From Candidatus Dormiibacterota bacterium (GTDB taxonomy: Bacteria; Chloroflexota; Dormibacteria; Dormibacterales; Dormibacteraceae): 64,000 bases of DNA. Shown piece after piece: positions 15,827 through 23,238 of this stretch. The DNA lies in NCBI GenBank assembly GCA_036747295.1, contig DAIOCN010000016.1:210-64209 (forward strand), written 5' to 3'. Each line of letters begins with the position of its first letter. Position 1 is the first letter of the stretch. The notes under the pieces were generated by a model that did no database searches, was not told where the DNA came from, and worked only from the letters and a program-made list of their open reading frames with translations. The position numbers were made by a program, and so were the translations under genes.

Positions 15827-18094
15827 TCAGGAGGGCCAGTAGGAATCGAACCCATTGATCAGCTGGCGGGCAATTTCCCCAACCGGCAGCTGACTCGTCG
15901 CCGATCCGGCAGTTGCCCGGGGATCGGCAAGAGGGGGCTGAGCTCCTTGACTCCCGGCGCTCGGCGCGACTGTCGCTGGGTGGCGGGGCCCTGAGCCGCT
16001 GGGCGCGGAGTGAGCCGCGGAACCGAGCGGCGCTGAATTTTTCGGTGGCGCCTGCGCCGCGGGACTGGGCGTCGCCGGACTCACCGCTGGAGCCTGCGCC
16101 ACGGGACTGGGCGTCGCCGGACTCACCGCTGGAGCCTGCGCCACGGGACTGCGCAGGCTTCCGATGACCACCCGGCCGCCCTGGTCCACGGCGACGCAAA
16201 GGCTGCTGCTGGGACAGGACACGCCGGTCAGGAAGTTGGAGCCGTCCACATTCGTCAGCGTCCAGTCCGCCGCCCCCCCGGTGGGGTTGCTGGAGGTGAG
16301 GACGTTGCCGCCCTGATCCACGGCGACGCAGAAGCTGTTGCTGGGACAGGACACGCCTGACAGAGCATTGGAGACATCCACGTTGGTCAGCGTCCAGGCC
16401 CCCGGCCCCCCGGTGGGATTGCTGGAGGTGACCACGTTGCCGCCGCCGTCCACGGCGACGCAGAGGCTGCTGCTGGAACAGGACACGCCGGTCATGAAGT
16501 TGGCCCCGACCACGTTGGTCACCGCCCAGGCCCCAGCCCCCCCGGTGGGGTTGCTTGAGGTCACCACGTTGCCGCTGCCGTCCACGGCGACGCAGAGGCC
16601 GCTGCTGGGGCAGGACACGCCGAACAGACCATTGGAGCCGACTATGTGGGCCACCGTCCAGGCCCCCGCCCCCCCGGTGGGGTTGGTGGAGGTGATCACG
16701 TTGCCGCTGCCGTCGACGGCGACGCAGAGGGCGCTGCTGGGACAGGACACTGCGTTCAGGACGTTGGAGCCGTCGACGCTGGCCACCGTCCACGCCGCCG
16801 CGCCCCCGGTGGGGTTGCTGGAGGTGACCACGTTGCCGAGGTTCTTCGTGCCCACGGCGACGCAGAGGCCGCTGCTGGGACAGGACACTCCGAACAGGGA
16901 ATCGGCCCCGGCCACGTTGCTCACCGTCCAGGCCGCCGACCCCCCAGTGGGGTCGCTGGAGGTGATCACGTTGTCGCTCTGGTCCACCGCGACACAGAGG
17001 CCGCTGCTCGGACAGGACACTGCGTTCAGGACGTTGGAGCCGTCGACGTTGGTCACCGTCCAGGCGGACGCGCCGCCCGTGGGGTTGCTGGAGGTGACCA
17101 CGTTGCCGAAATTGTCAACGGCGACGCAGAGCGCGCTGCTAGGACAGGACACGCCCTCCAGGATGTTGCCGCCGTCCACCGCGGCTGCGGTCCAGGCCGC
17201 CGCCCCCCCGGTGGGATTGGTCGAGGTGAACACGTGGGCGGGGCCGTCCACGGCGACGCAGAGGCTGGTGCTCGGACAGGACACCCCGGACAGGACCTGG
17301 GAGCCCACGTTGGTCACCGTCCAGCCCGCCGCCCCCCCGGTGAGGTTTGTGGCGGTGACCACGTTGCCGAGCTCGTCCACCGCGACGCAGAGGCCGCTGC
17401 TGGGGCAGGACACACCCAACAGGAAGTTGGCGCCGTCCACATTGGCCACCGTCCAGGCCGCCGCTCCCCCGGTGGGGTTCGTGGAGGTGACCACGTTGCC
17501 GCTGCTGTCCACTGCGACGCACAGGCTGCTGCTGGGACAAGAGACGCCGAACAGTCCGTTCGAACCGTCCACGTGGGCCGCGGTCCAGGCCGCATTCCCC
17601 CCGGTGGGGTTCGTGGAGGTGATCACGAAACCGCCTTCGGCCACGGCGACGCAGAGGCCGGCGCTGGGACAGGACACGCCGTGCAGGGAGCCGGGCGCGG
17701 CGTTTTGGGCCACCGTCCAGGCCGCCGCCCCCCCGGTGGGGTTGGTGGACGTCACCACGTTGGCCTTCCCGTCCACGGCGACGCAGAGGCCGCTGGTGGG
17801 ACAGGACACGCCTGACATGAAGTTGGGACCGTCCACGTGGGTCACGGTCCAGGCCGCCGCCCCCCCGGTGGGGTTTGTGGAGGTGACCACGTTCCCGTTC
17901 TGGTCCACGGCGACGCAGAGGCCGCTGCTGGGACAGGAAACGCCTGAGATGAAGTTGGCGAAGAACGGCGGCTGGTGGTCGACGAGCACCGGTGCCGACC
18001 ATATCAACGGAGAGCCGGCTGCCAGGGCCACCGGGCTCACGAGTGCGAACCCTGCCGCCAACAGGGCGGCGCAGAGCACCACACACCGCCGCAT
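15827..18094 (-). CDS. Secreted tandem-repeat protein: 14 x ~43-aa Cys-x5-Cys repeats (propeller-like) plus a P/A/S-rich tail; family unassigned
   Basis: Signal peptide MRRCVVLCAALLAAGFALVSPVALAAG after ATG 18094, with AAGGAAG upstream. Fourteen repeats with consensus GVSCPSsgLCVAVDxxGNVVTStNPTGGaaAWTvtnVDGsNxL. The other long ORFs across this region are off-frame shadows of the repeat. Confidence 0.8.
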   Translation of the reverse strand: MRRCVVLCAALLAAGFALVSPVALAAGSPLIWSAPVLVDHQPPFFANFISGVSCPSSGLCVAVDQNGNVVTSTNPTGGAAAWTVTHVDGPNFMSGVSCPTSGLCVAVDGKANVVTSTNPTGGAAAWTVAQNAAPGSLHGVSCPSAGLCVAVAEGGFVITSTNPTGGNAAWTAAHVDGSNGLFGVSCPSSSLCVAVDSSGNVVTSTNPTGGAAAWTVANVDGANFLLGVSCPSSGLCVAVDELGNVVTATNLTGGAAGWTVTNVGSQVLSGVSCPSTSLCVAVDGPAHVFTSTNPTGGAAAWTAAAVDGGNILEGVSCPSSALCVAVDNFGNVVTSSNPTGGASAWTVTNVDGSNVLNAVSCPSSGLCVAVDQSDNVITSSDPTGGSAAWTVSNVAGADSLFGVSCPSSGLCVAVGTKNLGNVVTSSNPTGGAAAWTVASVDGSNVLNAVSCPSSALCVAVDGSGNVITSTNPTGGAGAWTVAHIVGSNGLFGVSCPSSGLCVAVDGSGNVVTSSNPTGGAGAWAVTNVVGANFMTGVSCSSSSLCVAVDGGGNVVTSSNPTGGPGAWTLTNVDVSNALSGVSCPSNSFCVAVDQGGNVLTSSNPTGGAADWTLTNVDGSNFLTGVSCPSSSLCVAVDQGGRVVIGSLRSPVAQAPAVSPATPSPVAQAPAVSPATPSPAAQAPPKNSAPLGSAAHSAPSGSGPRHPATVAPSAGSQGAQPPLADPRATAGSATSQLPVGEIARQLINGFDSYWPS
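16047..16157 (-). repeat. Perfect 42-bp direct duplication (2 exact copies plus partial flanks) encoding SPVAQAPAVSPATP
   Basis: 16061-16102 and 16103-16144 are identical (gggactgggcgtcgccggactcaccgctggagcctgcgccac). Confidence 0.9.
16157..17944 (-). repeat. Coding tandem repeat, 14 copies, period about 129 bp (diverged copies)
   Basis: Periodicity is visible in all six reading frames of the ORF track. Boundaries were derived from residues 80-675 of the 784-aa ORF. Confidence 0.85.
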
Positions 18095-18304
18095 CACCGG
18101 TTCATCTTCCTTGGCTCTCCCTTTGACGACGGATGGCCGCACCGGTGTGCCGCGCGCCAGTGTACGTGGTATCGGCCGCACCCTGTGGTGAAGCCTCGCC
18201 GGCGCGCCGCTGACAGGCGAAGCCGGTCTGCCGCGGGGTCGTCTGCCTCGACAGCCTCGCGCGTCTTCTTAATGGACGCTGAGGCCAATCCGTCCAAGGG
18301 CATG

Positions 18305-18335
18305 AAAAAGGGCGGTTCCGCATTCGAAACCGCCC
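18305..18335 (-). terminator. Rho-independent terminator of the 18366..18668 gene
   Basis: On the minus strand: GGGCGGTT / 10-nt loop / AACCGCCC followed by TTTTT. Stems at 18310-18317 and 18328-18335, U-tract at 18305-18309. Confidence 0.75.
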
Positions 18336-18365
18336 GACGTGCTTGCCGAAAGTAGCCGGCTTTGT

Positions 18366-18668
18366 CTATTCGTCCTCGATCTGGTTGAACATCAGGCTGT
18401 CCTGGATCTCGTACAGGGCGTCCATCGCCTCGGTGACCGACGACAGCCTCGGCTGCTGGGCGACTACCTCGGAGCCGGCGATCAGCTCGTCCAGGGCACT
18501 GGCGAGCGGACGCGGCATCACGTTCTGGTCGGCCAGGTTCAGCATCTCCAGCTCGTTCAGAAGCTGGTCGATGTAGCGCATCTTGTTGCGCCGGGCGTAC
18601 TTGGATTCGCGCTCCACCCGGCCCTGCGCTACGACTGTGTCGATTGCTACGCAGGCTTCCTCGATCAT
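18366..18668 (-). CDS. Hypothetical 100-aa acidic protein
   Basis: Clean GC3 signal, GGAG 8 nt before the ATG, a near-consensus promoter upstream and an intrinsic terminator downstream. No motif I can name. Confidence 0.65.
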   Translation of the reverse strand: MIEEACVAIDTVVAQGRVERESKYARRNKMRYIDQLLNELEMLNLADQNVMPRPLASALDELIAGSEVVAQQPRLSSVTEAMDALYEIQDSLMFNQIEDE

Positions 18669-18710
18669 CTTCGCTCCTGTTGCGGCTCTTCTCTTTGCTT
18701 AGACGACCCC

Positions 18711-18738
18711 AGTTTACGAACGCTCGTTTTTTTGTCAA
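18711..18738 (-). promoter_or_regulatory. Candidate sigma-70/sigA-type promoter (TTGACA-N16-TAAACT)
   Basis: The minus strand reads TTGACA (18738..18733), a 16-nt spacer, then TAAACT (18716..18711), about 40 nt upstream of ATG 18668. Confidence 0.5.
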
Positions 18739-18807
18739 GGCAGTACTTGAATAAATCCCCTCAGTGGGTCCGACGGCTGTGCTAAGCTCCCGCCAGCCAA
18801 GCCGGAT

Positions 18808-19455
18808 ATGCCTTCACTGATCGCCGGCCGCTCGACTCGGATGGAGGTCCTGGAGCTCCTGCGCCGCAAACAGGCGGCCAGCGCCGAGGCGATCAGCGCC
18901 GAGCTGGGGATCACGCCCAACGCCGTGCGGCAGCATCTCACCAATCTGGAGCGCGACGGCCTTGTCAAGAGCGAGCCCGTCCGGCACAAGCGGGGCCGGC
19001 CCTCCCTTCTCTTCTCCCTCACCGAGCGCGCCGACGCGTCCTTCCCCAAGCGCTACGGACAGCTGGCCACCATGGTCCTGACCGAAGTCCAGGAGATGGG
19101 CGGCCCGAAGGCGCTGGACGAGATCTTCAGAAGGGTCGCGCTCCGGCATGCGGAGTCGGTGCGCCAGGACATGGAGGGTCTCAGCTTCGACGACAAGCTG
19201 AAGCGGCTGGTGGCCTGGATCGGCCGGGCCGGCACCCTCGCCGAGAGCGAGGACACCCCGGACGGCGTCCGCGTCACCATCCACAACTGCCCCTTCCGGA
19301 ACACCGCGCTCAAGTTCCCCCAGGTCTGCACCATCACCCCCCACCTGATCAACGACCTGCTCGGCGCTCCCGTCTCGCAGGCCGAGTCGATCCACCGCCG
19401 CGACCCCTACTGCTCTTTCCTTGTCGAGCGGCCCGAGCCCTCTCCCGGCGCTTAG
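18808..19455 (+). CDS. ArsR-like HTH transcriptional regulator with a Cys-containing C-terminal domain
   Basis: RMEVLELLRRKQAASAEAISAELGITPNAVRQHLTNLERDGLV (winged HTH). C-terminal IHNCPF...CTITPHL...DPYCSF. Confidence 0.7.
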   Translation: MPSLIAGRSTRMEVLELLRRKQAASAEAISAELGITPNAVRQHLTNLERDGLVKSEPVRHKRGRPSLLFSLTERADASFPKRYGQLATMVLTEVQEMGGPKALDEIFRRVALRHAESVRQDMEGLSFDDKLKRLVAWIGRAGTLAESEDTPDGVRVTIHNCPFRNTALKFPQVCTITPHLINDLLGAPVSQAESIHRRDPYCSFLVERPEPSPGA

Positions 19456-20122
19456 CAGCGCCCAGGTCCGCGAGGTGGACCGCCTCTGCGCCGGCCGCTT
19501 CCGCCTGCCGGTGGAGTGGCTGATGGAGGCGGCCGGCTGGCAGGTCGCGCGCCACTGCCGGGGCCAGACGTATGTGGTCTGCGGCAGGGGCAACAACGGC
19601 GGGGACGGGCTGGCGGCCGCCCGCCACCTCCATCGCTGGGGCCGGCTGGCCGGCGTGGCCTGCCTCGACGCCTGGGCCCTCTCCGGTCCGGCCCGGCTGG
19701 AGGCCGACGCGCTGACCGCCCTGGGGGTGACGGTTGCGTCGGAGCCTGACTTCACCGACTCTCAGGTGGTGGTCGACGCCATCTTCGGGACCGGGCTCTC
19801 CCGCCCCGCCGAGGGTCGGGCCGCCGGCTGGATCGAGGCGGTCAACGCCAGCGGGCGGCGGGTGGTCGCGGTCGACGTCCCCTCGGGCCTGGACGCCGAC
19901 ACCGGCCTGGCCGGCGGGCCGGCGGTCCGCGCGACGCTGACTGTGACCCTGGGCCTCCCCAAGCCGGGGCTGCTGGCCGGCGAGGGCGCCGTCCTGGCCG
20001 GCGAGGTCTGGGTGGCCGACATCGGCGTCCCCTTGGAGGCCTATCGCGAGCTCGGCCTGGAGGTGCCGGCCCACCTCTTCTCCATTCATGACCGGGTTCA
20101 GCTCTCAGCGGTCCGCCTGTGA
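19421..20122 (+). CDS. nnrE: NAD(P)H-hydrate epimerase (YjeF N-terminal domain)
   Basis: VVCGRGNNGGDGLAAARHL and DAIFGTGL motifs. The start is uncertain because it overlaps the regulator gene by 35 nt. Confidence 0.8.
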   Translation: MSSGPSPLPALSSAQVREVDRLCAGRFRLPVEWLMEAAGWQVARHCRGQTYVVCGRGNNGGDGLAAARHLHRWGRLAGVACLDAWALSGPARLEADALTALGVTVASEPDFTDSQVVVDAIFGTGLSRPAEGRAAGWIEAVNASGRRVVAVDVPSGLDADTGLAGGPAVRATLTVTLGLPKPGLLAGEGAVLAGEVWVADIGVPLEAYRELGLEVPAHLFSIHDRVQLSAVRL

Positions 20123-21084
20123 CCCGGGAAGTCACCTGGGACAGGGGGATCTCGCTGGCCGGGCACGGCCTCTGGCTGGACCCCCTGGTCGTGCGGGAGC
20201 TGGCGTTCGTGTCGCACGCCCACTCCGACCACGCCCGGCGCCACAAGCTGGCGCTCATGACGGCGCCCACCCTGGGCCTGCTGCCGGGACCCCGGCGGCC
20301 GCGCCAGACTCGCCTCGTCCCTCTCGACCGCCCCGTCCCGGTGGGTGACGCCATGCTGACCCTGGTCGACGCCGGCCACATGCTGGGCTCGGCCCAGCTG
20401 CTCTTCGAACACGGCGGCGCCCGCCTGCTGTACACGGGCGACCTCAAGCTGAGACGAGGCTGGCAGCGCCCCGACACCGAGATCCCGGCGGTCGAGGTCC
20501 TGGTCGTCGAGAGCACCTACGGCCTCCCCCACTTCCGGTTCCCCGACCCCGACACAGTCGTCGAGGCGATCGCGATGTGGTGCCGGAAGGCCCTCGACGC
20601 CCGGGTTACGCCAGTCCTGCTGGCCCACGCCCTGGGCAAGGCCCAGGAGGTGATGCTGGCGCTGGCCCAGTACGGCTTCCGCTTTGCGCTCGAGGAGCGC
20701 TGCGTTCCCTTCGCCCGCGCCTACGAGCAGTCGGGTGTCCAGCTTCCCGACTGGATCGAGCTTGGCGAGGACGTCGAGGGCCGGGTGGTGGTCGCGCCGC
20801 CCGCCGGGAAGGATGCCGTCAGGCGCCTGGGGCGGTATCGGGCCGCGCTGGTTTCGGGGTGGGCCTGCGACCCCCACTTCTGGCGCCTTTTCGGGGCCGA
20901 CCTGGCGTTCCCTTTTTCCGACCACTGCGACTTCAACGAGCTGCTGGAGGTGGTCAAGCGCTCGGGCGCAGACCAGGTTTACACGGTCCACGGCTTCGCC
21001 GAGGACTTCGCCCGGCACCTGAAGCGGCGCGGCGTCCGCGCGCACGCCCTCCACACGACTGAGCAGCTCGCCTTCGCCCTTTAG
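20119..21084 (+). CDS. MBL-fold, DNA ligase-associated DNA damage response exonuclease-like protein
   Basis: N-terminus GLWLDPLVVRELAFVSHAHSDHARRH and overall beta-CASP-like layout. An ATP-dependent ligase lies 2 kb downstream. Confidence 0.7.
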   Translation: MTREVTWDRGISLAGHGLWLDPLVVRELAFVSHAHSDHARRHKLALMTAPTLGLLPGPRRPRQTRLVPLDRPVPVGDAMLTLVDAGHMLGSAQLLFEHGGARLLYTGDLKLRRGWQRPDTEIPAVEVLVVESTYGLPHFRFPDPDTVVEAIAMWCRKALDARVTPVLLAHALGKAQEVMLALAQYGFRFALEERCVPFARAYEQSGVQLPDWIELGEDVEGRVVVAPPAGKDAVRRLGRYRAALVSGWACDPHFWRLFGADLAFPFSDHCDFNELLEVVKRSGADQVYTVHGFAEDFARHLKRRGVRAHALHTTEQLAFAL

Positions 21085-21151
21085 CGCGCTCGCGAGCCGC
21101 TACGAGCGGCTGCGGCCCCTGAATGCCAATGACCGCACGCGCCTCCGTCTG

Positions 21152-21808
21152 ATGCTCGAACGCTGCCCCCTGCCGCCGCGACCCGCCATCCTGGAGGTCG
21201 GCTGCGGAACCGGAAAGCTGCTGCGCGAAGCCGCCCGGCAGGCCGGCGCCGGCGCGGCGGTCGGCGTGGACCCGGAGCCGGCGATGCGGGCGCAGGCCAC
21301 CGGGCTGGACGTGCGGGAGGGTCGGGCCGAGCGGCTGCCCCTGGACTCCGGCTGCTGCGACCTGGCGTTCTGCTCCCTCGCCTTCCACTGGGTCTCGGAC
21401 AAGCCGGCGGCCGCCGGCGAGCTGTGGCGCGTGCTGCGGCCTGGCGGCTGGGCGGCGATCTGGACGCTCACCCCGGAACACGTGCACGGCTTCCACCTGA
21501 ACCGCTACTTTCCATCTCTGCCCGCCGTGGACCTGGCCCGCTTCGAGGCCCCCGAGCTCTGGATGGCCCAGCTGGCGGCGGCCGGCCTGCGGCCGGTGCT
21601 GGAGCAGCAGCTGGTCCAGACGCGGGTCACAAGCGGCGGCCGCCTGGCGGCCGCCGTCCGCCAGCGCTTCATCTCCACGCTCTCACTGCTCCCCGAAGCC
21701 GAGTTCCAGGCCGGGGCGGCGGAGCTGGAGGCGGAGGCCGCCGGCGACCCCGGCCGGCGCGTCAGCTACCCCCAGACCTGGTGCCTGATCTGGGCTGCCC
21801 GGCAGTGA
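21152..21808 (+). CDS. Class I SAM-dependent methyltransferase
   Basis: Motif I ILEVGCGTGKLL and motif post-I VGVDPEPAM. Conserved-looking sequence continues upstream to 21083 without a canonical start codon. Confidence 0.75.
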   Translation: MLERCPLPPRPAILEVGCGTGKLLREAARQAGAGAAVGVDPEPAMRAQATGLDVREGRAERLPLDSGCCDLAFCSLAFHWVSDKPAAAGELWRVLRPGGWAAIWTLTPEHVHGFHLNRYFPSLPAVDLARFEAPELWMAQLAAAGLRPVLEQQLVQTRVTSGGRLAAAVRQRFISTLSLLPEAEFQAGAAELEAEAAGDPGRRVSYPQTWCLIWAARQ

Positions 21809-21827
21809 ACTCCCCCGATGAGCTCGC

Positions 21828-22175
21828 TTAGCGGAAGGCCCAGCCCGCTCGCGTCATGGCCTGCCGCAAGCCGCCGTCGGCGGCCGCCTTACGCGAGAGC
21901 TCTGAGAGCAGGCTGTCCACCCACTGGGCGGCGCCGCGGTCCGGGGTGAGCGCGAGGCCGGCCCTGCCCAGGCGCGCCCGGTGCTCGCCGCTCCTGAGCT
22001 CCCTGACCGGACCCTTGCGCACCAGCCCGCGCCGTTTGACGTCGATCCCGGGCAGGCTGCCCGCCAGGTAGTCGAGCAGCCCGCCCAGCTCGGTCCCGGC
22101 GCCGAGGGGCGAGTGGCAGAAGACGCAGACGCCGTGCATCGGCAGCGAGGGCGCCCGGCAGACCTGGCAGGTCAC
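21828..22175 (-). CDS. Hypothetical protein with N-terminal zinc ribbon (CxxC-x11-CxxC)
   Basis: MTCQVCRAPSLPMHGVCVFCHSPL. The GTG start overlaps the dppA stop (GTGA). Confidence 0.6.
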   Translation of the reverse strand: MTCQVCRAPSLPMHGVCVFCHSPLGAGTELGGLLDYLAGSLPGIDVKRRGLVRKGPVRELRSGEHRARLGRAGLALTPDRGAAQWVDSLLSELSRKAAADGGLRQAMTRAGWAFR

Positions 22176-22999
22176 CTGAGGATGACGGTCTGGCCCAACG
22201 CGAGCAGGACCAGCATGCAGCGGAAGACCTCCAGGTAGTCCTCGTGGGCGAAAGCCAGCGTGCGCCCGGCCAGCCGGCGCACTCCCGGCACCAGCTCGCC
22301 GACGTCCGCCATGGCGGTGTCGTGCACGTCGATCTCCATCTCCACCAGGCCCTCGACCCGGAGCGGGGGGATGTTGTCGAGGCGCTCGATCGCCCGGCGG
22401 GCGCCGGCGCGGATGCGGTCGCGGGCGACCTCAGGGTGGAGCGAGCGCGCGACGTAGCGGCCCATCGACTCCTTGACGACGACGCCCTCGACCTCGGTCA
22501 CGAACTCGTGCATCTCGCAGACCGCCGCCGCGTCGCCGGTGAAGAGCGCTACCGGGCAGCCGAAGTAGCCGCAGACCTGGCCGTTGAGGCTGCCCTCCGT
22601 CTGCCGGACGCCATTGAGGCGGACTTCGCGGGCGACCTTGCTCGAGTACGTGTGGTCGATCACGGCGTCCCGGGCGCCCGCACCGCCGTGGTAACCGACG
22701 AAGAAGGCTGCGTCGAAGCCCGGGCCCATCCCCTGGCACATGTACAGCGCCTTGGGGTACCCGGAGATGAGCTCGGCGGCCGGGTTGAGCTCCTCCGCCA
22801 CGAGGTTTCGGGCCTCGGCGTGGGAGTCGTTGACGACGATCTCCTGCGCCCCCGCCTGCAGCGCGCCCTCGATGGCGGCGTTGGCCTCCTGGGTCATCAG
22901 CCTGCGGCAGCGTTCGTAGTCGACCTCGCCCATGCGGCCCTGGTGGGGGTGGACGATGCCGGCCACCCCCTCGATGTCGACCGAGATGAAGATCCGCAC
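22172..22999 (-). CDS. dppA: D-aminopeptidase, peptidase family M55 (DppA)
   Basis: MRIFISVDIEGVAGIV...VVNDSHAEARNL...GYHGGAG is typical of M55. Confidence 0.85.
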   Translation of the reverse strand: MRIFISVDIEGVAGIVHPHQGRMGEVDYERCRRLMTQEANAAIEGALQAGAQEIVVNDSHAEARNLVAEELNPAAELISGYPKALYMCQGMGPGFDAAFFVGYHGGAGARDAVIDHTYSSKVAREVRLNGVRQTEGSLNGQVCGYFGCPVALFTGDAAAVCEMHEFVTEVEGVVVKESMGRYVARSLHPEVARDRIRAGARRAIERLDNIPPLRVEGLVEMEIDVHDTAMADVGELVPGVRRLAGRTLAFAHEDYLEVFRCMLVLLALGQTVILR

Positions 23000-23010
23000 C
23001 CTGCTGCCTT

Positions 23011-23223
23011 TTACTCCGTGTAGCGGCGGATCAGGCCATCCTCGCGGCCCTTCTCCTCCTGGTAGAGGTGGCAGGACTCGTAGTCGCGCACGCAGATCGG
23101 CGGGCTGTCGCGGAGGCTGAGCTTGCGCTTCGACAGGTGGTCGACGTGGCAGTCGAAGCGGTACACGCGGAGGGGCCCTCGGGTGTCCTTGACCAGCAGC
23201 TCGAGGTAGGGACAGCGGCGCAC
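23011..23223 (-). CDS. Hypothetical 70-aa Cys/His-rich protein
   Basis: These are the last 70 codons of track ORF 23011..24120. From GTG 23223 it reads MRRCPYLELLVKDTRGPLRVYRFDCHVDHLSKRKLSLRDSPPICVRDYESCHLYQEEKGREDGLIRRYTE. The remainder of that ORF is antisense to the ligase gene. An AAGG..AGG element precedes the downstream dppA start. Confidence 0.5.
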   Translation of the reverse strand: MRRCPYLELLVKDTRGPLRVYRFDCHVDHLSKRKLSLRDSPPICVRDYESCHLYQEEKGREDGLIRRYTE

Positions 23224-23238
23224 GTACGATAAGTTACC

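Noticed and set aside
15830-15905. Intact tRNA gene on the minus strand
   Set aside because: Only a T-arm and acceptor 3' half-like segment is present. The sequence upstream has no complementary 5' acceptor strand (AGGGCCA), D-arm or anticodon stem.
15750-18191. Alternative long ORFs over the repeat region (16338..18191 +, 16646..17815 +, 15750..16793 -, 17139..18086 -)
   Set aside because: All are periodic only because they are off-frame or antisense readings of the same 129-bp repeat. They lack signal peptides and are Arg/Gly/Pro- or Leu/Thr/Pro-rich. Only the 15827..18094 minus frame gives a signal peptide and a coherent repeat consensus.
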